Source: Eledone cirrhosa (taxonomy: Eukaryota). From it: DNA of 64,000 bases. Positions within the stretch are counted from its first letter, which is position 1. Every line of letters starts with the position of its first letter. Location: contig OZ024742.1 of NCBI GenBank assembly GCA_964016885.1, positions 80,414,001 to 80,478,000 of the forward strand, read 5' to 3'. The notes under the pieces were generated by a model. It had not been told where the DNA came from. It saw only the letters and a list, made by a program, of their open reading frames with translations, and searched no databases. Shown in pieces: positions 1-13,159 of this stretch. A program made the translations under genes and the position numbers.

Positions 1-528
1 TCATCGTCGTCGTCATCATCATCATGATCATCATCATTTGTCATCAGCAAAAATAATTTCTTTTTTTTTTTTAAATCTCGCCATGAAGCCATTTTATTAA
101 ATATTATTTAATTGAAGAGTTATTCTATTAATACTATTACCAGAATTACCCTCTACCCTCTTTTATCATCACCCTCACTGACCTCTATTTTAAAAGAATC
201 ATTGTCTTCATTGTCAGCGCTATTATGTTCGCCGTTAGATCAATTGAAACGTCATAATTTACATATATTTTAAAGTTACATTTACTATGTATATTCACAT
301 CATTTTTATTCTGAAAAACATACCCATCATCGTTCTGTTTACTCGTTTCAATTTCGTATACACTCATTATTTTTTAATATAATCCGACATTTTCGCAGTA
401 GAACGAAATATTTTCTGGAGTATATTTTTAATTTCTGGGAATGTTTCTAGCTTGAAAACAACTTGGGAAATTGACAATATAAATTCATAAAATAATTTAT
501 ATTATAATTGTAGACATTCATATATGTC

Positions 529-620
<92 letters not shown>

Positions 621-922
621 TGTATGTATGTATATATATATGTATGTATATACATAATCATAAAATACAATGAAAATGACTTGACTAGAGATACGAAAAA
701 TAAAATGTGTAAGCAATTTTGTTTACAAGATTCTGAACAAAAGAATTATCGCATTGTTAAATAAGAACTTTTAAGGAGGTGAATTATGCTAAACACTGTG
801 GAAGAAGAAATTATATCAGATTCGGAAGAATATAATATAACATTAAAATAAAAACGAGTGTGTGTGTGTGTATTTGTGTGTGTGTATATGAATGTGTATG
901 TGTGAGTATGTGTGTGTGTCTG

Positions 923-953
<31 letters not shown>

Positions 954-1147
954 ATTTGTGTAAGTAATAATGTTATGTTCTTATTATTTTCTGCATTTTC
1001 ATATGTATTACAAACTATAACTATTTTTCTTTCTGTAATATTATCGTATGAGTAAGCTCTGGAATACTATATTTTTACGTCAAATTCCCATTGCAGTTTT
1101 ATAGAACAACTAAATCTAGAGATTTTATTTCGATGTATTTATGCACG

Positions 1148-1227
<80 letters not shown>

Positions 1228-1528
1228 GCACACACACACACACAGACACACACACACACACACATATATACACATATATATATATATCTATATGTTTCTA
1301 TATCTATCTATCTATCTCTGGGATGGACACACGCGTATAACTTTCTGAGTAAGTTCTGTTTAAATATCTATAGAAATTCTTGTCTGTAAACTTTAATTTT
1401 CGTACCATTTTGTAGAGGGACTGCCAGGTCAAACTTTGATCTGGTCAGTCTCTCAAAATATTCTACGCCTTTAGGCGAAATAGTTAAACAAAAAAGTTTT
1501 TTTTGTTGAAAAGTTAACATTTTTAAAA

Positions 1529-2841
1529 ATGGCTGAAGCTTCTTCACCAAAATTCGAAGGAGGAAAGGGGAAGATAAGCTTACAGCTTCCCCCTGCCACT
1601 GTCACAGTAGCAGAGGTCAAAAACAAAGGTCAGCCAGAGGAAGGATTTTCTCCACCAGCTGATCGACAACTTGACGTTGCCATGGCAACAAACGAAAGAA
1701 CCAGCGGCACCAGCAACAACAACAACACCAACAATGCTACCGACGAAAACAACACCAATAACAATAACAACAACAACAAGACCAATAACTGTGATAACAA
1801 CAACAATGATAACAACAACACCACCAACTACAACAGCAACACAAACAAGGAAAAAGTCTCCTTCGCCCAGACGGCAAGGAAAACCCTCGACTATCTGCCA
1901 GTAGATATTACCAAATCGAAGGAGCTACTGGCAGAGGCAAAAAAATACATAATGTACGGGGAGAATGGTGCGTTTTCGATCCCCCCCCCCCCCCGGAGCT
2001 AAAAAGCAAGATACTCCTAAATCCTGTCATGTTTAGGACAATCTCAAATAAAAGCAAAAAACCAGCTCAACCATCACAGAGTGAGATAGAACTGGTTTTA
2101 ATAGAAGTCATGAGGGACGTCACATTCATCCAGAAGGATAGACTCTACGGACAGGGACACATCAGTGAAACTGTCCATCAAACCAATCACATCCACCGCA
2201 TGCAACTTCTACCCTACGTACATGGGACACAAACAATAACAATCCACACCATCCTGCCGATTATGGACATATGGTGGGTTTTGACAGGTTTCCTGAACAT
2301 GGATGATGACACGCTGGTGTCCATGGGAAAGGCATCGGGTGACACGTTCAGTGGAACGAGCCTCGAACTTGTAGTTCAAATGAGGCCCGAAAGGCTCGCC
2401 CAGATCCCTGAACGCGTCATACTGGATGATCAAACTTTCATCAACATTACCGTTCAGGGTAGGCTGCCCTCATGTTACCTCTGTGGAACAAGAGGTCACC
2501 TGAGGGCTGTCTGTCCCCAACTTAATAAGAAAACCCCAATATTGCCTACACCACCAACAACTGCACAACCAACACAATCACCACAACTACCACTACAAAA
2601 ACAACAACCACAGCTCAAACCAAAACAAAACAATGTCCAACCCATCGCCCCCACTCAAAAATACACAATTTCCAAAACACCCGCACCGCAAACACAACCC
2701 GAAAATATACCCCTCCTCTCCAACGCGGAAGATGACCCCAGTTCGTTGTCAGACGAGGAGGAGCACTTCCACATAATCAAAAGAAAAAAAAGAAAATACA
2801 CCTCAGACACACAAATGAAAACAACCCTCCCCAAAACATAA
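1529..2841 (+). pseudogene. Tx1 ORF1 (gag-like nucleic-acid-binding protein), frameshifted at poly-C 1981-1994
   Basis: ORFs 1529-2002 and 2029-2841 are in different frames; poly-Asn tract; CYLCGTRGHLRAVC (CX2CX4HX4C) knuckle; basic KRKKRK tract. Confidence 0.8.
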
Positions 2842-3314
2842 CACTGACACCAACACAAAAGAGCTCACAACAACAGCAAACAAAAAAGACCACACAAAAA
2901 CAAAAACATGCATACACATACATAAACCAAAGAAACAAAAAACTGTTAAACATTGTGTACAACAACAATCTAATAAAAACCCAAGGAACTAACTTCACCC
3001 AGGCAGGGGATTTCACCCACCTCAAAATGATTAAGGCCCCACAGGACACTTATAAAACTCTAAAAGACAACTTTAAAGAGGACGTGGGTCCCCCCTGCGT
3101 CGGGCCCATTAACCGCGTCCTCCTAAAAAACTACCCCACCCCATCCCCAAACACCCACACAACTCCAAACACCGCAACCACACAACACACTGATGCCCCT
3201 ACACTTCCACAAACCACCACCCCACCCAACAACCCATCCCCCACCCTCATGGAAATTGTGCATCCCGATACCCGGGACGCAGTGAGGTAAGTGCCTTTTC
3301 TCTTCACCACCAAC

Positions 3315-6300
3315 ATGGCTATGCTAAGAGTAGGCTGTTTAAATGCGTGTGGCCTGGGCTCAACTTGGAAGCAAGCAATGCTTCTAAATGACCTCAGGTC
3401 TCAACGTATAGATGTGATGGTTATTTGCGAGGCCCGGATCAGCAACGTGCGACAGCTAGCCCCCACCTTTGATGATTTTGAGATGCACGCATCTCTCTGT
3501 CAGCCCGGAGGTGGGGGAGGGGTTGTCGTTCTGCTGCAAAAAACATCTGGGTCTCGCAACACAGACGGTACATTTGGACACGGAGGGTCGACTATTGGTT
3601 CTGGGCCTTGGCAGTGGTGAAGGCGGAGCATTTAGGTTGGTAGCCGCCTACGGCCCTTTCGGGTCAATGCGGCCGGACTTCTTCCATCGTCTGGATACTT
3701 TTCTAGGGACGTCCCGCTACTTGCTATTAGTGGGGGACTGGAATGGTATCCTAGATGCACGCTGGGACTACGTAGCGGGCCTGTCCCGATAGAGAGGTGT
3801 GTAATAGCCTCAAAGGGTTAATCCGTAATTTGACCTGGCCGATAGATATCGACTAGATTTTCCGACTGCGCCAATCTGGACTTGAGCAAATCTCAGCGGA
3901 TCGTTTAGGTCGTACCTAGATAGGTTCTTAGTTAGAAATAAGGATAAGGACTTTTTAAGTTGTCCAAAAATGAGCATGGTTGGCTATTCAGACCACAAGT
4001 TAGTGAGCTGCATGGTCAACCTTGACAGAACGCATAGACAGGGACCCGGTTACTGGAAGCTCAACTTGTCCTTACCGGCAAGTAAGGCTTACAGGGACCG
4101 GATTAGGACTTTAGTTAAGGAGCGGTTGACGGGCGCCATCGTCAACAGCAGGTGGTGGGGATCTTTCAAAAGAGAGATTAGAGTAGTCTCTATAGAATTT
4201 AGTAAGGAGCTAGCCTCAAATAGAAATAGGAAGGAAAGGGAACTGGTAGATAGTGTAGAAGAGACAATTAGAAGCGGCGACGTGGCCAGAGTGCTAGCCT
4301 CGAGAACGGCCCTGGGCCAGTTCTTCGCCGCGAAACACGAAGGCTGCATCGTCCGAAGCAAAATACGTGCTCTGGGAAACGAGGGGGCAAAAGCTGTTAG
4401 CTGGGCCCGCGTGACAGAAGCCAAAAGTGGGAGCAGATCCACTATCAGGTCTTTGCGAGACCAGGATGGACGGGTGATCCTTGAACCTAAGCAGATGTGC
4501 GAGGCTTTTCAAAAGCAATTTGTTGGATTGTTGTCGAAGGGGCGGGGAGCCGTTTGGGGATCTGGACTTCGGTCCATACCTCGACAGCCTGCCGCGTCTC
4601 TCGGACAGGGAGGCGAAGTCCTGCGAGGAGCCAATTTCAGCCGCTGAGATAGAGGACGTGCTGAGCCAATGCGGCAAACGCAAATCCCGTGTCTCGATGG
4701 TCTTCCATACGAACTGTATCTAGCAATGGCGGACTTGTTCCCCGATCTCCTCGAGGCGGTCTACTGCAAGTGGCAACAGAACGGGAGAATTCCCTGTGTT
4801 GTGACCAAGGGCGTAGTCACGCTAGTGAGGAAGGACGAGAACAAGGGGGACGATATAAATAATTTCAGGCCCATAATTCTGCTAAATACAGAGTTACAGA
4901 TTTTGGCCAAGGTGCTAACAAAGAGGTTGGCGCTTGTCGTGGGCAACCTGATGGGAGATGCGCAGACATGTGCTATCCCGTCCAGGTCCATACACGACAA
5001 CCTCCACCTCATGCGATACATCATAGAGAGGGTTGGGAACGAACACGGCTTTGGTGGGGCCCTGATCAACTTGGATCAATCTAAGGCGTTCGATAGAGTC
5101 GACCATGGTTACCTGGATGCGGTGCTAGCGGCGGCAGGCTTCGGACCCGTTTTCAGGGGCTGGATCAATGCCATGCACAGCAGCCGCATCTGCTCTAGGG
5201 TCAAGGTGAACGGCTACCTCTCGGAGCCGTTCGAAATCGCGCGGTCCATCCGACAAGGGTGCCCTCTCTCCTCCCTTCTGTATGTATTGACTCTAGAGCC
5301 ACTGCTGCGGAAGTTGGAGATGTTGCAGGGCATCCCGTGGGAACCGGGATTGCGGAAAGCGGTGTCGGCCTACTCCGACGACGTAACAGTAATGGTGTCG
5401 ACGGCCTCGGAAATCGGGGCGGTCGGCACCTTACTGGAGGAGTACGAAAGATTTACAGGGGCTAAGATGAACCGGGACAAGTCGATCGGTCTGCAACTCG
5501 GCACGTGGAGGGGCAGATCGATGCCCTCTGATGGTGTCGTCGGGCGCTGGACGGAGGGCTCGGTGAAGTTGCTCGGGGTCTGGTTCGAACCAGACCTCCA
5601 GGAGGAGAAGAACTGGGATGAGGTAACGAACACGGTGTTTGCACTGACCCAGAAGTGGGCCGAGTGCAAACTGTCCCTGAAAGGTCGGGCGGAGGTGGCA
5701 AACACTTATATAGCGTCCGTCATCTACTACCACCTGACCGTTGTGCCTTGCCCAAGGGAAACGCTCGCCAAAATGGGGCGCGCACTCTTCCAATTCCTTT
5801 GGAAGAAGCGGGCTCCTATGGTGAGGAGATCCATCTGCTGTCAACACCCTTCGAAAGGAGGGCTGGGGATGCCGTGCTAATGATACGTAAACACGCATTA
5901 AGGCTACGGCACCTCCATGTATTACTCACCGGTCAACCGGTGTGGACCCCATGTGAGGCGAGCCTTTCCCAGACTCGTCTCACTCACCGAGTTGCAATCC
6001 TGGGTCAAGCAAAGACCGAGAAAACTGGGCGCCTGGCACACCGAGTGTGCCCAGGCGCTCACGACTCTGGCAGGCGGACCCGGCTGTCAGTGTAGAATCC
6101 ACCTCGTCATTCTATAGAGGGCTGGTGGTTAGCAGGTGCGACGACGCCCTCGGAGAGGCCCTAGGCATGGAGGAAGACGAACTTGCCAACCTGTTCGGTA
6201 GGACATTCAGCCCGGGACCCATCGATAACTTCCAGACGTCCCTGGCCTGTCAGTGCTACAGAAGGGCTCTGCCCGTTCGAGAAAGACTCTACAGTCACGG

Positions 6301-6750
6301 GTGCCCGGGTAGGGACCCTTCGAAAAAGATCTGTCCCAGATGCGTGTGCGACGAGGAAACCGTTGCACACGAATTGGTACACTGCTCGGGCATTGCTGAT
6401 CTGTGGGGCTATGTCGAACAACTGCTGTCAAGGGTGGGACCGATCCGGTTGACCACCGAGTCTATTGTAACAATCAAGCCGCCTCCCCTCTTCAAAAACG
6501 AAGGAGAGGCGGTGTTTCTGTGCGTAATAACCATGGCGAAAGAGGTTGTATGGTGGACGCGTCTGAAACGACTGAGGTCAGACACCTTTCTCTCTGGCCA
6601 ACAACTGGTCCGTTTCTTCCGATATCATTTCGGAAGAAGGATCAGGATGGAGAGAGAGAGGTGCTGCACCCCAGCCGTTATTATGTAAGCTGGGTGAAAG
6701 TGGCGAGAATGGCCGGTGTGAATGGGCCTTCACTCTACATCAGACTATAG
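3315..6750 (+). pseudogene. Tx1 ORF2 (APE endonuclease + reverse transcriptase), multiple frameshifts and stops
   Basis: APE motifs LNACGL, GDWN, YSDH, GPGYWKLN; RT motifs FRPI, LDQSKAFDRV, RQGCPLS, YSDD; KGGLG; CPRC..ETVAH..C zinc motif. Confidence 0.92.
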
Positions 6751-7015
6751 GTGAGGAAGATGAAAGACCAATGGAGCACCCCCTCTCTGTGCTCCTGAGG
6801 AGAAGGGTTGCACACTTTTTTCGGGGGTGTGTGCGACACCCCCAAGGCGCCTCCTCTCTATTGAGGATTTTGTTATGAATTTTATTTTGTTATATTTTAT
6901 TTTATTTTTATATTGTGTTATTGCCTCCTCCTTATTGAGGACGCCTTGTTATGTAAACTCCCCCATTGTACTTGTCCCACTTTTTGATGCCCTAGTGGCA
7001 AATAAAAAAAAATTA

Positions 7016-7049
<34 letters not shown>

Positions 7050-7879
7050 CTTCACATACATACATATATACACCTATGTATTTATACATATGTGGATTCA
7101 CATATATACACAATATTTCGTGATGATTTAGGGTCTTTTATTTATGTTTGTGTGTCTGAATGTGCGTATTTTCACATACGCTTCTATGCGCCTGAATTTC
7201 TCAGTGTAAATGAAAGAAATGTCGCAGTCTATATTAGGAGGATTTAATATCTTGGGTCGGAAGTCAATTGAATTTCAAGCACATAACGCACATCAATAAT
7301 CAGCCACCCAATATTTTGTGAATATTGATATTTTGGCTGCAAACCGGAGAGGCTGAAGTTTTTAAATCAATATAGGTCATATTACCGGATATAATTGTGA
7401 CAATAATTATTGCTGGCTGGATAAGATGTTTCAAAAACGTATTTGAGAAAGAGTAACTATATTTTGATACTAGTTAGATACATTATTGGTGAATTGGAAG
7501 CATTTCACACATACACACTACTAGGTTCTCTTCACAGTATATGTGAGAATCAATAATATTAATGTCAGATTTCCAAATTTGAACATATAAACTGCTGCCG
7601 AATTTCTTGAACACGTTCACACTCATTACACTCACATACATATATATATATCCATCCATCCATTCAAAAACACACACACATATATATATAAATATATACG
7701 TATACATTTATATATATAGGAGGAGGTTATAGTTCACTTGAAGCATTGTGTAATGAGGTATAAACGTTTGAATATGTGCAATAAGGCCAAGACAATGCAG
7801 GTATGGACATAGAAAAAAGAATGCAATAGTGAAAGATATTGATGTGAATTCGTCTTTCACCTTGAATTTATTTAAATGT

Positions 7880-7914
7880 CCTTAATTTTCGAGATAATAT
7901 CTCTTCTTCGGAGG
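7880..7914 (-). ncRNA. Minimal type-I hammerhead-like motif (U4C)
   Basis: Minus strand reads CCU CCGAAGA A GAGAU-AUU-AUCUC GAAA AUUA AGG: 5-bp stem II, AAUU palindrome, 3-bp helix I. Confidence 0.55.
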
Positions 7915-7968
7915 GAAGTAAAGGTCTCAAACCAGCGTCTTTAAATCTCTAGCCAAGCCATGGCTTGG

Positions 7969-8023
<55 letters not shown>

Positions 8024-8081
8024 TAAAATAACAGGAGGCTGGATTGGTGTAATTCCTTAAAGGTTTATTATATTATGAACA

Positions 8082-8196
8082 TTTCAATGACCGGGTTCAG
8101 TATGAATCCGGTGACATCATCAACTATTCGAAATTTAACAAAGGAATAGAATACCTGATGATGTCACCGGATTAATACTGAACCCGGTTATTGAAA
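8082..8196. repeat. Fold-back element (~41-bp inverted arms) containing a CTGATGA...GAAACG motif
   Basis: 8082-8122 is nearly the reverse complement of 8156-8196. Confidence 0.8.
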
Positions 8197-8312
8197 CGTT
8201 TATATATATATATATATATATATAATAAAAAATTGAACAGGGACAGAACAGAGAGGCAGTACGACAAATGTTTATTAGCTTCACGCTCAGGAGAGTGGGG
8301 GGGTAGGTGGAG

Positions 8313-8346
8313 GACGACGTTTCGGGCATAAGCCCTTCTTCGGGTA
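8313..8346 (-). ncRNA. Minimal PLE hammerhead-like motif
   Basis: CCGAAGA A GGGC-UUAU-GCCC GAAAC GUC, co-oriented with and downstream of the PLE ORF; helix I is weak. Confidence 0.6.
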
Positions 8347-9184
8347 AGAGTTCAAAAGGTGTGTAGGGGAGTGGTGGAGAGACATATAGCGAAAGGAAAC
8401 GGTGCGAATGAAAAATTAACAAATAAAGACAAAATTATAATAAATAATAAATAATAAATAAAAATAAAGCATGATCAAAATACAAGGAATGAGAACATTT
8501 AAAAATAAAGGCATGATCAAAATAAACTGAAATTAAAAGGGGGGTAAACAGGTGGTTGAAGGGTGTGGGGTGAGTAGAGGTGGAGGCGGGTGGAGTGGGG
8601 AGAGGGAGACGGGGTGTCCGAGCGGGGAGGGCTGAAGGTGGTGTGTGTGGTTAGGTGTGCGTGTGTGTGTGTGTGTGTGTATGTGAAAGTGAGGGTGGGG
8701 GAAGAACGGGGTTGCATGTTCAGGAAGGTGTGTGTGGGGGGTGTTTTTGTGTGTCGGAGGGTCTGTGCGTGTGTGGATAGGGGGTGGGGGGAGAGGAATC
8801 AGGTGGCTGAGGGTGTAAATATGTGGTGGGAAGCACGTGTGTGTGGTTTAAGCGTGTTGTGGGTGTGGGTGGCGTGTGGATACAAAAATTTGTTTTGGGA
8901 TGTGTGTGTGGGTGAGTTATATAGGTGATGGTGTTAGAGGATGGTTGAAAAGTGGTAAGTTACACGGATGTATGGAGATTTTGGTTGGAAGTCAAAACGC
9001 GTGTGGGTAATCCAAGAAGCGGTGGTCGGAAGAGGAGAGATGTGGGGTGCGCGTGCAACAGAAAGTGGTCAGCAGTGGAAGTGCTGTGGTCAGTGGGTGC
9101 TGAGACAGTGGTCGGAAGGGCATAGCAGCAGTCAGCGGAATGGTAGGGAGGCGAGGATGGGTAGGTGTGAGAGTTGGAGTGAGG

Positions 9185-9227
<43 letters not shown>

Positions 9228-9702
9228 TAGTAGGGCTGTTAGTGGGATGAGTGAGTGTGGAGTGGGGAGAGAAGGGTGTGTGTGGTTCTATGGAGGGAGT
9301 GTGGTGTACTGGTGTGTGTGTAGTTTGGTGAGGAGGTGTTAGTGGGTGTTAGTAGACGGGAGGTGGGGAGGGGTGGAATGCAGGTGTGAGTGGGGGTTAG
9401 TGGGGGTAGGGTGTGTAGAGTTGGTGGTGTACGAGGGTGTGTGGGTACGTGTGCGTGGGGTTGGAGGGTGTTAGTGATGTTAGTTGCGTGTGGGGTGGGT
9501 GGTGTAAGTGTGTGCGTGTGATAAGGAGGGGGAGGAGGAGAAGAGGGGAGGGAAGGGATGTTAGTATGTTAGTTGGGGAAGGGTGGTTAGATGAGGGGTG
9601 GAGTGGGGGTGTTAGTATTGTTAGTGTGGGGTGGGCGGTGAAAAGGAGGGGTGTGTTAGTGGTGTTAGTGGGGGATAAGTGGGGGAGGGGGGCGGTCGAA
9701 CG

Positions 9703-12234
9703 CTAAAGGAATAAGGGTGGGGAGTTCAGGCCGGGTGGGGTGTGGGTCTGTAAGATGAAGATAGTACGTTGTTCGACCGTAAGGCGATTGGCGAGTGTTC
9801 CGTGGCACTGGAGTAGGCCACAGACTGTGAGATGGTGTGCGGAGTGTCCAGGGCCACCAAAGTGGCGGGCGATGGGGGAACTGCCCCCGAGACGAATGTC
9901 CCGGAGGTGCTCCGTGACTCGGTCCGCCAGGCGGCGTCCCGTCTGTCCGACATAAGTCGCGCTGCACCTCGTGCAACGAAGTCCGTAGACTAGGTTGGAG
10001 GAGGTGCAGCGGAAGGCATGCCGGACCGAGAGAGGGTGGCCGTTGGGACCCTGGAAGGTGGTGGTGTTGGTGATGTGGGGACAGGTGTTGCAGCGGGGCC
10101 TAGAACAGGGGAAGGAACCGGGGGGGGGAAACGGAGCGTGGGTTGGGGGGTAGGGAGCTGTGGACGAGGAGGGTGCGGAGATTGCGTGCGCGTATGAAGG
10201 AGGGGAGTGGTGGGGTTGGGAAGATGTGGGAGGTGGAGGGGTCGGACTGGAGGTGTCGGAAGAGGCGGCGGATGGTGCGTTGGAGGGGTAAGGTGGAGGG
10301 GTGGTAGGTGATGGGGAAGGGGAGACGGTGGGTGGGTGTGCGGTGGCGTGGGGTGAGGGTGGTAGAGCGGGGGATAGCACGGGCGCGGGTGAGAGCGGTG
10401 TGGACGAGAGAGGGGGGGTAACCTCTGCGGATGAAATGGCTGACTAGGGAAAGGGCTTGGGACTCGAAGTCAGCATCTCGGCTACAGAGGCGGCGGATCC
10501 TGAGAAGTTGGGAGTAGGGAATGGAGAGTTTAGTGTGAGTGGGGTGGGAAGAGGTGAAGTCGAGGTAAGAGTGGGAGTCGGTGGGTTTGAAGAAGGCGGA
10601 GGTGACGAGGGAGTGGTGGGAGGGGTCGAAGGCGAAGGAGATGTCCAAGAAGTGGACGTGGGTGGTGGAGATAGAGGTGGTGAAGTGGAGGGAGGGGTGG
10701 AAGGAGCAGAAGAAGGAGAGAAAGGAGTCGAGCTGTACTCGGGTGAGGGTCGTGGCTCCGATACAGTCGTCAATGTAACGACCGTACAGTTCGGGCGTGG
10801 GGCCGGTGTACTGGGCAAAGATTTGGGCCTCAACATGGCCAACAAAAAGGTTGGCATAGTTCGGGCCCATTCTTGTGCCTATGGCTACCCCCGTGACCTG
10901 TTGGTAAAACTCACCCGAGAAGGAGAAACAATTTAGGGTGAGGACCAGCTCGGCGAGGCGAAGGAGGGTGGGGGTGGAGGGAATGGGGGAGGGGCGAAGG
11001 TCGAGGTAGTGTTTGAGGGCGCGAAGGCCGTCGGCGTGGGGGATGACGGTATAGAGGGACTTGATGTCTAGGGTGAAGAGGAATGGCTGAGGGCCGGGTA
11101 GGTAGGTGAAGGAGTCGAAAAGGCGCAAGGCGTGGTTGGTGTCAGAGATGTGGGAGGGGAGGGTGGTGACAAGGGGGGCGAGGAGGGAGTCGAGAAAGGC
11201 GGAGATGAGTTTGGTGGGGCAGTTGCAAGCGGAGACGATGGGACGGCCGGGGTTGTCGGGTTTGTGGAGTTTGGGGAGGAAGTAGATGGTGGGGGTGCGG
11301 GGTGTGCGGACGATGAGGTGGGAAGCGGTGGGGGGAGGAGGGAGGAGGCGATAAGGTCTTTGATGGTGGAGGAGACGTGTTGTTGGTAGAGGGGAGTGGG
11401 ATCGGAGGGTAGAGGGCGGTAAAAGAGGGGGTTACAGAGCTGCCTGAGGGCTTCGGCCTTGTAGAGGTCCGCGCGCCATACCACCACGGCGCCTCCCTTG
11501 TCCGCCGGTTTGATGACGATGTCATCTCGGCTACGGAGGGAGCGGAGAGCGAGGAGTTCGCCCCGTGAGATGTTGTGCCGTTTGGAACGGTGGCGGAAGT
11601 CGAAACGATTTACTGCGCTACGGCTGGCGTCGACGAAGGCGTCCAGGGTGCTAAATTGACCTGGGGCCGGCGTCCAAAAAGATGGTCGTCGGCCCAGGGC
11701 GAGAAACGGGTCTGGGGCGTCCGGAGCCGGTGGCGTTTGACCGAAATGTGCCTGTAGCTTAGTGCGTCGCACGAATCGCTCGACTTCCGTTCGGGTGCGG
11801 AACTCGTCGCTGAGCGGAGTATGGGGTATGAAGCGAAGGCCTCTACTAAGGAGTGAGCGCTCAGGTGCGGAGAGGGGGAGGTCAGGGGGTATGGTGACAA
11901 CAAGGGGTGGGGTTTGGGTGTTAGGGGAGGGAAGGGAGGGTGTGGTGAGGGGTGGAGATTGGGTGGGGGTGGCGGTCGGGTGAGAGGTGGTGAGTGGTGG
12001 GCGTATGGGGATGGGCGGGTGGTGGTGGATGGGGGGGGGGAGGAGTGAGTTTAGCTTGCGGGCTTTGGTGGAGCTGAGGAACGAGAAGAGGTTGTGGTTG
12101 AGGTTGTGGATGAAGGAGAGGATGGCTTGGGCGAGGAGGGGGTGGCAGGTGGAGTAAAGGCGGAGGAGGGTGGGGGTAAGTTGGTGTTCAAGTAGGCGGA
12201 GGGTGGAACGGGAGGCGCGGATGGAGTTGCGCAT
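9703..12234 (-). pseudogene. PLE RT-GIY-YIG ORF with two frameshifts (~11330, ~10120)
   Basis: PADKGG, LPKLHKP..PGRPIVS, DIKSLYT, GVAIGT, RYIDD, KPTDSHSYL; linker CSRPRCNTC; LVYGLRC..C...YVGQT..R..EH, H..H, PPGLN. Confidence 0.92.
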
Positions 12235-12313
12235 CAGAAGGCGTGAGGATCGGGTGAGGATATATATATATATATTTATATATATTTAATATAGAAGTGC
12301 CTTCTACAGAACT

Positions 12314-12380
12314 AGAACTGTTTCATTCGAGAGAAATCCTCAGGGCTTCCTGATGATTTCTCAGGATTGAGACAGTTCTG
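12314..12380. repeat. Short palindromic PLE-terminus-like element with degenerate HHR cores; related copy at ~33720-33780
   Basis: AGAACTGTTTCA..GAGAAATC CTCAGG gctt CCTGAT GATTTCTC..TGAGACAGTTCT dyad. Confidence 0.6.
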
Positions 12381-12476
12381 GTCCTATAGAACTCATGTCT
12401 ATATTAAATATTTATACCCTTCTATGTGTTGAGCAACTTACTGTGATTACTCCCGATTGAACCAGGGATAAACGTA

Positions 12477-12512
<36 letters not shown>

Positions 12513-12593
12513 GATAAGCAGAACAAGTAAAATTCAATCAATTTTTTAAAATACATTAAAAAATATAATATAAATATTTACCTCTCCTAGTGG

Positions 12594-12672
12594 CCCTTAC
12601 TGATCAGTTTCGCTTTGTAAAACCTCATAAATCCGATGGATTTCTGATGGAAAACCAAAGCTCATCAGAGAA
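12594..12672 (-). ncRNA. Type-I hammerhead ribozyme motif, copy 1
   Basis: UUCU CUGAUGA GCUUUG..CAAAGC GAAA CUGAUCAG UA AGGG; canonical core, GUA cleavage site. Confidence 0.8.
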
Positions 12673-13080
12673 GCATTTTCCTTTCCTAAAGCTAAACGTC
12701 CCAGGAACGACAAAATGTATGACCTACTGCAAGCAAATAAAGGTCTGAAAGGTCGTAAAAGTGACCCGTATGTAAACTGGACCGAAGTAAAAGCGGGAAA
12801 ATCAAAGACTTGCTGTCTACAATTACTACTAATAAAATAGCAGCTAAATAGAACAACAGATTTTTTCTCAACATAACCGAGTATAATGAATGAGGTTAAT
12901 ATGTCCAAGGATACTAGGTACCCCTAGAAATACATAAGTTGTCTATGATTCAAGGTCGTTCAATGGTATTAATTTGATACACCAGAACTTTAATATTAAG
13001 ATAAGCAGAACAAGTAAAATTCAATCAATTTTTTAAAATACATTAAAAAATATAATATAAATATTTACCTCTCTTAGTGG

Positions 13081-13159
13081 CCCTTACTGATCAGTTTCGC
13101 TTTGTAAAACCTCATAAATCCGATGGATTTCTGATGGAAAACCAAAGCTCATCAGAGAA
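13081..13159 (-). ncRNA. Type-I hammerhead ribozyme motif, copy 2
   Basis: Same sequence as copy 1. Confidence 0.8.

Larger units (their letters stand above)
1320..7012 (+). mobile_element. Tx1/L1-clade non-LTR retrotransposon, near full length, disrupted
   Basis: ORF1 has a CCHC knuckle; ORF2 has APE, RT and a C-terminal Cys motif; ends GTGGCAAATAAAAAAAAA at ~6995-7012; candidate TSD TATCTCT at 1313-1319 and 7014-7020. Confidence 0.92.
8226..12260 (-). mobile_element. Penelope-like element, Neptune-type, 5'-truncated, with long C-rich 3' region
   Basis: RT plus C-terminal GIY-YIG; both ends abut (TA)n; HHR-like motif at 8313-8346. Confidence 0.93.

Noticed and set aside
447-1389. ORFs of YIYI/THTH/CVCV/RERE type here and throughout the window
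   Set aside because: Translations of dinucleotide microsatellites
8590-11983. Gly/Val-rich plus-strand ORFs
   Set aside because: Antisense shadows of the C-rich PLE
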